From: Spirochaetia bacterium
GTDB lineage: Bacteria > Spirochaetota > Spirochaetia > UBA9216
Assembly (NCBI GenBank): GCA_963677925.2
Contig: CAXXYH010000003.1
Location: 608,001-672,000 of the forward strand
Direction: 5' to 3'
DNA length: 64,000 bases
Shown here: positions 58,421-64,000 of the stretch, piece after piece
Layout: each line of letters starts with the position of its first letter
Position numbering within the stretch: position 1 is the first letter of the stretch
The notes under the pieces: generated by a model
The model's input: the letters and a program-made list of their open reading frames with translations, nothing else
The model's database searches: none
What the model was told of the DNA's origin: nothing
Translations under genes and position numbers: made by a program

Positions 58421-60427
58421 TCAATAAGCCAGTCCTGAATCGGTTATTTTCCATCCATATGTTTCTATTAAAACCGCTCTTGCCCATTCAGCATCGGAAC
58501 GGAATTTAGAATATCCTCCGCTGAAATAACATCCGGTTTTAACCGGCTGAACAGCCCAGCTTTTTAGAAGAGCATCGTAGTTATCAGTGGAAAGTTTTGC
58601 ATTATCCAAAAATTTTTTAAATGAAGTGACCTGTGAAACATCCCAGTCAGCAATATTTTGATCGAAATCTGAACTATACAACATATAACGCATATCAGTC
58701 ACTTTAGATGTATCCCAGCCTCCAAGATCCTGATTAAATGAATCAGCCGCACAAAACATATAACCCATATCAGTTACCGATGATGTATCCCATTTACTGA
58801 TATCCTGATTGAAGACCGTGGCAGCATAGAAAAGCCCCCTCATGGAAGTAACCTTTGAGGTATTCCAGTTACTGATATCCTCATTGAATTTTCTTGCCAA
58901 GTAAAACATATCAGTCATATCGGTAACATTTGATGTATCCCACTCATTCATTCTGTGGATAGAGCTGAGCGCAAAATTAAAGTAAAAAGCATTATTAAAG
59001 CTGGTTACATCACTTGTATCGGGGACATCCTTAGCTGTGATATCAAGATTTCTTGCATGATAGAATTGCCCTTTTGTATCACCGAAAGCGAACGGCCCCC
59101 AGGAACTTATTTCAAGTATCTTTTCCGCATCACCAAAAGACGAATAGGAAGCTTCAGGACTGAAAGACCAGCCGGAAATCTCACCATATATTCTAAGTGT
59201 ATAGCAGCCTGCCTCCGTATATGTATGAGTAACATCAGTATCATCATAAGAGGTTATTTCGGAGGTGCTGCCGTCTCCCCAGTAGATTGAAAAATCATAG
59301 GTTCCATTGGAAACAAGAGGAAGAGTTATCTGATTGTCTTCAGAGACGCCCTCATTATCAGTCTGCCAGGTACTTACAAATGAATACCCGGAAGAAAATG
59401 TTAGCCCGGCCGGTTCAGATTCACCGAAACGGTTATATGACACAATATAAAATGTGTATGTATCGCCTTCACTGTATTCCGTGAAACCAAGTTCCGCCGA
59501 TGTTATAGTGGTTACCCCTGCTTCGACTTCCGCCTCGGGTACACCGTCAACAGAGCCTTCATAGATTCTGAACCCGTCTTCATCAGAGGATTCATCATCC
59601 CAGAAAAGAATAAAGCTTAAATCCGACTCCTGTGCCTCACTGAAATCTGAGGGAGGCTCAGGAGGCTGGGTTAAATCCTCTGCCGAAATTTCCAGGCTTG
59701 AACTGGATGTAAGGTTGTTGAAGATCTGTACTATTTCAACAAGAGGCGGATATTCAACTGGAAGATCAGGGGCTCCCGGATCATTACCAAGTGTAACAGT
59801 CAGACAGTATTGCCCGCTCTGAAGAGAACAGTTAACTGCAAGTTCGCCTTCAGCTGTAAAATCACTGTTGTAATCTACGCCCGCATCAAGTTCATAATCA
59901 TCACCGCCGCCGATCGGCCAGGGGTCAACTGTTATGGTCACACTGTCAACATCCTCTGGCGGAAAGCTGATTGTATAATCAAGGATTCCAAAGCCTGAAC
60001 CGGCTATTCTGTCGACAGTTATTGATAAAGAGTTGTCTCCTTCAGTTATAAGGACGGGATTTCCGGATTCCGGCAGCCCGGTGCAGATTATGTTTCCCTC
60101 ACCATCCAGACCGTTTAATGTAATATCCCAGCTGCCTGTATATATATCTATTATTTTACTGCCCTCAATATAGGAATCTACAGTAAAATCAGGCTGACCT
60201 TCCGAATGATTTGAAAAATAAACTGAGTATGAATCTACAAGACTTTTCAAATCAGATACCGGGGAAATTGTACGTGAATCTGAGGTTTCATCAAGGCTGA
60301 AGACCAGCATCCCCCGGGGCATGGTATTATCAATCGTATCTTCTAAAGGATTTATGCACCCTGCTATTATTATATCTGATGCAATAACAGCTATGATTAT
60401 CAGTATATTCTGTATTCTTTTTTTCAT
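58421..60427 (-). CDS. DUF285/BspA-type surface lipoprotein with 5 repeats (paralogue of 54404-57253)
   Basis: Start ATG 60427; IAGC; same domain order; 5 WDTS-type units. Confidence 0.9.
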   Translation of the reverse strand: MKKRIQNILIIIAVIASDIIIAGCINPLEDTIDNTMPRGMLVFSLDETSDSRTISPVSDLKSLVDSYSVYFSNHSEGQPDFTVDSYIEGSKIIDIYTGSWDITLNGLDGEGNIICTGLPESGNPVLITEGDNSLSITVDRIAGSGFGILDYTISFPPEDVDSVTITVDPWPIGGGDDYELDAGVDYNSDFTAEGELAVNCSLQSGQYCLTVTLGNDPGAPDLPVEYPPLVEIVQIFNNLTSSSSLEISAEDLTQPPEPPSDFSEAQESDLSFILFWDDESSDEDGFRIYEGSVDGVPEAEVEAGVTTITSAELGFTEYSEGDTYTFYIVSYNRFGESEPAGLTFSSGYSFVSTWQTDNEGVSEDNQITLPLVSNGTYDFSIYWGDGSTSEITSYDDTDVTHTYTEAGCYTLRIYGEISGWSFSPEASYSSFGDAEKILEISSWGPFAFGDTKGQFYHARNLDITAKDVPDTSDVTSFNNAFYFNFALSSIHRMNEWDTSNVTDMTDMFYLARKFNEDISNWNTSKVTSMRGLFYAATVFNQDISKWDTSSVTDMGYMFCAADSFNQDLGGWDTSKVTDMRYMLYSSDFDQNIADWDVSQVTSFKKFLDNAKLSTDNYDALLKSWAVQPVKTGCYFSGGYSKFRSDAEWARAVLIETYGWKITDSGLAY

Positions 60428-60428
60428 A

Positions 60429-61562
60429 TCAGTACTGTTCCACAACAAAAATAAAGCTCTCGGAATACGGCGTTTCTTCAATTACAACTACAAGAGTCAG
60501 AGTATTTGGACCGGTAACAAACCAGTCAGGATTTGTCTCAGTATTCAGGGTCAGGGAAGAACCTGTTCCCCGCGATGTTCCGTTTATTAACCAGCTGCAG
60601 GAAGTGATATTGATTCCATCCCCGGCCGAGACAAAAATAGTCTGCTCCACAGTGCCTCCGCCTGTCTGCAGGGTAAGAGTTGAAGGACTTAAGCTGAATT
60701 GGGGATACTCAGGATTAACTATTACAATACTTCCTGAAGGAAAGCTCCATTGAGCATACAGATCAAGATCAACACAACCCATTGTGAGCTGGTCACCTGC
60801 ATTATAGGCAGTTCCCGAACCGTCATATTCAGTATTCCATCCGGTAAAAGTTCCTCCGGATATTGCAAGACCGCCTGTATTTCCCAGGACTGTTACTGTC
60901 ATATTTTCAAGATAATTATTGCTGTCAGAGGGAACAGAACCTGTGTCAGCGCTATCATCATGATAAGTTACAGTATAGGCAGGCTCCAAAGTCCAGACGG
61001 CAAAGAGTGCGACATCTGCCGTACCCATTAAAAACTCTGAACCTGATACATATTCCGTATCGGGGTCCTCTTCATCCGTGTTCCAGCCGATAAAAGTCCA
61101 GCCGTTTCGCGTAAGTCCTCCGGTATTGCCTAGAACAATCACCTTTTCATCTTCGAGATAAGAGTCTGAATCAACAGGGACAGAGCCGGATTCAGCAGTT
61201 TCCGCAGAGTATGTGACAGAGTATACCGGATAAGCATCCCACATTGCATAAAGACTGACACTGCTTTCCGGCATAAGTATGGTATCGCCCGGCTGATAGT
61301 CTTCGCCTTCTCCGCTTGAGAGTGTATTCCAGCCTATAAAAGAATTTCCTCTTCGGGAAAGAGTTCCTGTATTTTCACTTACAACAACAGAATCACCCGC
61401 ATAGAAGATTTCAGCGTCCGGAATACTTCCGGAATCAGCCCCGTTTGCAAAATATAAGAATTGATAGCCCGGCAGACTCTCAGTGCATCCTGACAGCAGG
61501 TAAAAAACAGACAGTGCTAATATGCCCCTCAGAAAAGACTGACGTGATAAGTAACGATGCAT
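60429..61562 (-). CDS. InlB B-repeat lipoprotein (paralogue of 57255-58403)
   Basis: LSGC; 3 B-repeats; same C-terminal domain ending FxVEQY. Confidence 0.88.
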   Translation of the reverse strand: MHRYLSRQSFLRGILALSVFYLLSGCTESLPGYQFLYFANGADSGSIPDAEIFYAGDSVVVSENTGTLSRRGNSFIGWNTLSSGEGEDYQPGDTILMPESSVSLYAMWDAYPVYSVTYSAETAESGSVPVDSDSYLEDEKVIVLGNTGGLTRNGWTFIGWNTDEEDPDTEYVSGSEFLMGTADVALFAVWTLEPAYTVTYHDDSADTGSVPSDSNNYLENMTVTVLGNTGGLAISGGTFTGWNTEYDGSGTAYNAGDQLTMGCVDLDLYAQWSFPSGSIVIVNPEYPQFSLSPSTLTLQTGGGTVEQTIFVSAGDGINITSCSWLINGTSRGTGSSLTLNTETNPDWFVTGPNTLTLVVVIEETPYSESFIFVVEQY

Positions 61563-61738
61563 GTATATCCCTTTTTAATTCTTTTATTACATGGTGTTTT
61601 AAGAAATAAATTCAGGTAAAATTATACATCCAAAGCCGTGAGTTTTAAACTGAATTTAATTAAATAAAGATTATTATCTGATATATTTTTTCCTTGCTTT
61701 AAACCAACCGGAGGACTTATGATAGTGATATCAGTAAC

Positions 61739-61809
61739 GCGGCTGTCGTATAATGGTAATACTCCAGCTTCCCAAGCTGGCCACGGGGGTTCGATTCCCC
61801 TCAGCCGCT
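61739..61809 (+). tRNA. tRNA-Gly (CCC)
   Basis: Acceptor GCGGCTG/CAGCCGC, anticodon arm CCAGC-TTCCCAA-GCTGG, T-loop GTTCGATTC; CCA not encoded. Confidence 0.96.
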
Positions 61810-61814
61810 GAACG

Positions 61815-62213
61815 TCACCTGTTAAGGAAAAATTCAGAATACTTCTTATCTTCGATAAGAATGTGTTCTTTAAACCATTTCTTTAATTCTGCAGTTAATG
61901 TCATCGATATTATGACCTTACCCTCAACAGCTTTTTGGCGGTATCCCTCTATCATACGTATAATCTGGGCATGCATCTGCTTTTGAGAATCAATCTCGGG
62001 ATAATGAATAGACTCCATGAAAGTTTCTTCCTGAGTAAAATGATAGTTTGTATATTCCAATACTTCATCAACAAGTATTTTTACATTCTCGGTCATGTCA
62101 TCATTATTAAGTTTCTCATAAAAATTGTTCAAAATCTCAAGCCATCTTTGATGCTGCTGATCCATATCGGGTATTCCTAATTCAAATTTTGTGCTCCATT
62201 CCATAAATTTCAT
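61815..62213 (-). CDS. Bacteriohemerythrin
   Basis: W....ELGI..MD.QH, HFTQEE, YP....Q...H, W...HI..ED. Confidence 0.92.
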   Translation of the reverse strand: MKFMEWSTKFELGIPDMDQQHQRWLEILNNFYEKLNNDDMTENVKILVDEVLEYTNYHFTQEETFMESIHYPEIDSQKQMHAQIIRMIEGYRQKAVEGKVIISMTLTAELKKWFKEHILIEDKKYSEFFLNR

Positions 62214-62373
62214 TTTTGTTTCTCCGGTTTTAATATGATCTAAATTGTTATATTAAAAGCATAATGTATTAGACCGGCAGATTCAAACTGGACGTTGTAA
62301 AATACTAAAACTGCAATTTGCAGATATAAACCATATTTTTTAACAATTATAAGATACTGATTGAATGATTTTC

Positions 62374-62388
62374 TGATAATAATTATCA
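62374..62388. promoter_or_regulatory. Fur-family box (7-1-7)
   Basis: Perfect TGATAAT-A-ATTATCA between the divergent hemerythrin and MCP genes. Confidence 0.75.
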
Positions 62389-62464
62389 TATTTCTAATTG
62401 AACTTTAACACTGAGGCTTATATTACCCTCATATAATTTAAATTAACTCAACAAAGAGGTATAT

Positions 62465-64000
62465 GTGAAAAAACTAATCATTGTACTGCCGATAATGGCA
62501 GTTTTAATAAACTTCCTTATGTTTGGGCTGGAACCGTTTTCCCAATACAGTTCAATTACCGCATACATTACAATTGTAGTTCTGTGCGCTGCATTCACTG
62601 TAGTCACATTCAGAGCCCATAAAAGAAACCAGTCGTATGATGATCTTATTTCAGACCGATTATGTTCAAATTGCAGAAATACCGGCTCCGTTTCAACAGT
62701 CACCTTACTTAAAGATCATATGAGCTCCTGTGAACAATCAAGAAACAGCATCAACGAAATAATAAAGGAAAACGAATCTGCATCACTGGAATTCAGTGAA
62801 GAATTAAGCCGCTCTGTATATCTGGTTACGTCAATAAACGGCAGCGTCAGAACAATAACTGAACGTATGGAACTGTTAAATAACAATCTTCTCAACTCAT
62901 CCTCAGCAATAGAACAGATTACACAGACTATGAACGAGTTCAGTTCGCAGATTGAAAACCAGTCCAGTTCGGTCATTCAGACCTCAGCAGCCATTGAAGA
63001 AATGGATGCATCTATCCACAACGTAAAGGGAATAACAGATTCAAAACGTGATACATCACTCAAGCTTCTTAACCAGACAACCCTTGGTCAGGAGCATATG
63101 GAAGATATGAACCGCCTGATATCTGAAGTAAACAACAGCGTTGATTCAATTCAGGAGATCATTTCTGTAATCAACAATATTGCAAGCCAGACTAATCTAT
63201 TATCCATGAATGCAGCAATAGAAGCGGCTCATGCCGGTGATGCGGGAAGAGGCTTTGCTGTTGTAGCTGAAGAAATACGCAAGCTTGCCGAATCTACAGC
63301 CAACAATTCAACCCTTGTAGCTGCTACACTTAAGAACATTATTGATAACATAGCCAGGGTTAAAACAGCTGGAAATGAAGCCCTTGATTCATATGAGCTT
63401 ATCGGGAATGAAACAAAGGAAATGGTTTCAGCATTTGATGAAATACTGCAGGCAACATCAGAGCTGAATGTAGGAAGTATGGAAATAGTTGACGCTACCC
63501 ACACATTGAATGAAGTGACTTCTATGATAAGAGACGGTGCAAAAGAAATCACCCACAGTTCTGCAGATATAAGAAATTCTATAAGTTTGATTGTAGAAGC
63601 CAGCCAGGAGAGTATGGAAAATATCAGCTCCATATCCAGAATATCACAGGATATCAATACTACATTTATGACCGTCTCCGGGTCTATCGTAAATTATGAA
63701 GAATATCTTGAAAAAATCCAGGAATTTCAGAACTGGGAATTCGGTTCGGATAAAAAAGCTTTTCAGCCTGTAAAAATTATTATTCAGCACCTGCTCTGGG
63801 TAATGCGGGCAAGAGCTGTTATAGACGGAAAACTAAAAATGGACAGCAGCAGAATCACTGATCATCACTCATGTGATTTAGGAAAATGGATCGACGGCAG
63901 CAGTTCGTCCAATGTTCATGATTACAAAGAATTTACAGAGATGCAGAAAGAACATGAAAAACTTCATAAGGAAGTAAACCATATAATTATCAATAAGGAT
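62465..64000 (+). CDS. Methyl-accepting chemotaxis protein with C-terminal CZB domain (3' end outside window; absent from ORF track)
   Basis: GTG after AGAGG; two TM helices; [38 protein letters not shown]; QHLLW...[10 protein letters not shown]...EHEKLH. Confidence 0.93.
   Translation, partial: MKKLIIVLPIMAVLINFLMFGLEPFSQYSSITAYITIVVLCAAFTVVTFRAHKRNQSYDDLISDRLCSNCRNTGSVSTVTLLKDHMSSCEQSRNSINEIIKENESASLEFSEELSRSVYLVTSINGSVRTITERMELLNNNLLNSSSAIEQITQTMNEFSSQIENQSSSVIQTSAAIEEMDASIHNVKGITDSKRDTSLKLLNQTTLGQEHMEDMNRLISEVNNSVDSIQEIISVINNIASQTNLLSMNAAIEAAHAGDAGRGFAVVAEEIRKLAESTANNSTLVAATLKNIIDNIARVKTAGNEALDSYELIGNETKEMVSAFDEILQATSELNVGSMEIVDATHTLNEVTSMIRDGAKEITHSSADIRNSISLIVEASQESMENISSISRISQDINTTFMTVSGSIVNYEEYLEKIQEFQNWEFGSDKKAFQPVKIIIQHLLWVMRARAVIDGKLKMDSSRITDHHSCDLGKWIDGSSSSNVHDYKEFTEMQKEHEKLHKEVNHIIINKD

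Noticed and set aside
52494-61809. Adhesin cluster as a tRNA-Gly-integrated genomic island
   Set aside because: It lies on the 5' side of the tRNA, and I found no integrase and no duplicated tRNA end by eye.
62443-63657. Three minus-strand ORFs in the track
   Set aside because: Antisense shadows of the plus-strand MCP.

Overview
A gene-dense bacterial chromosomal window, most likely from a free-living spirochaete (FlaA-family sheath protein, long-clade PPi-dependent PFK, many lipoproteins). Housekeeping and metabolic genes are asnS (partial), manA, pfp, dCMP deaminase, an acyl-CoA ligase, an epsilon-type nifS-nifU-cysK-cysE operon, a LIV-type ABC importer with paaK, leuCD, an RlmI-like methylase and tRNA-Gly(CCC). 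They are interrupted by several islets of acidic surface lipoproteins (beta-propeller, Kelch, delta-60, IPT/TIG, InlB B-repeat and DUF285/BspA-type). No CRISPR array, integrase, transposase or rRNA was seen. Main points of interest: (1) a CysRS paralogue lacking the anticodon-binding domain with altered Zn ligands; (2) a tandemly duplicated two-lipoprotein unit whose architecture resembles a type V pilus anchor+tip pair, with a hypervariable 16- vs 5-unit repeat adhesin; (3) a 3-gene cassette flanked by 66-bp direct repeats whose differences are mostly synonymous in an unannotated minus-strand gene remnant; (4) an unannotated radical-SAM SPASM fragment; (5) HcpR-like and Fur-like operator palindromes; (6) many apparently leaderless genes. 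All family assignments are from motif recognition by eye, not database searches.
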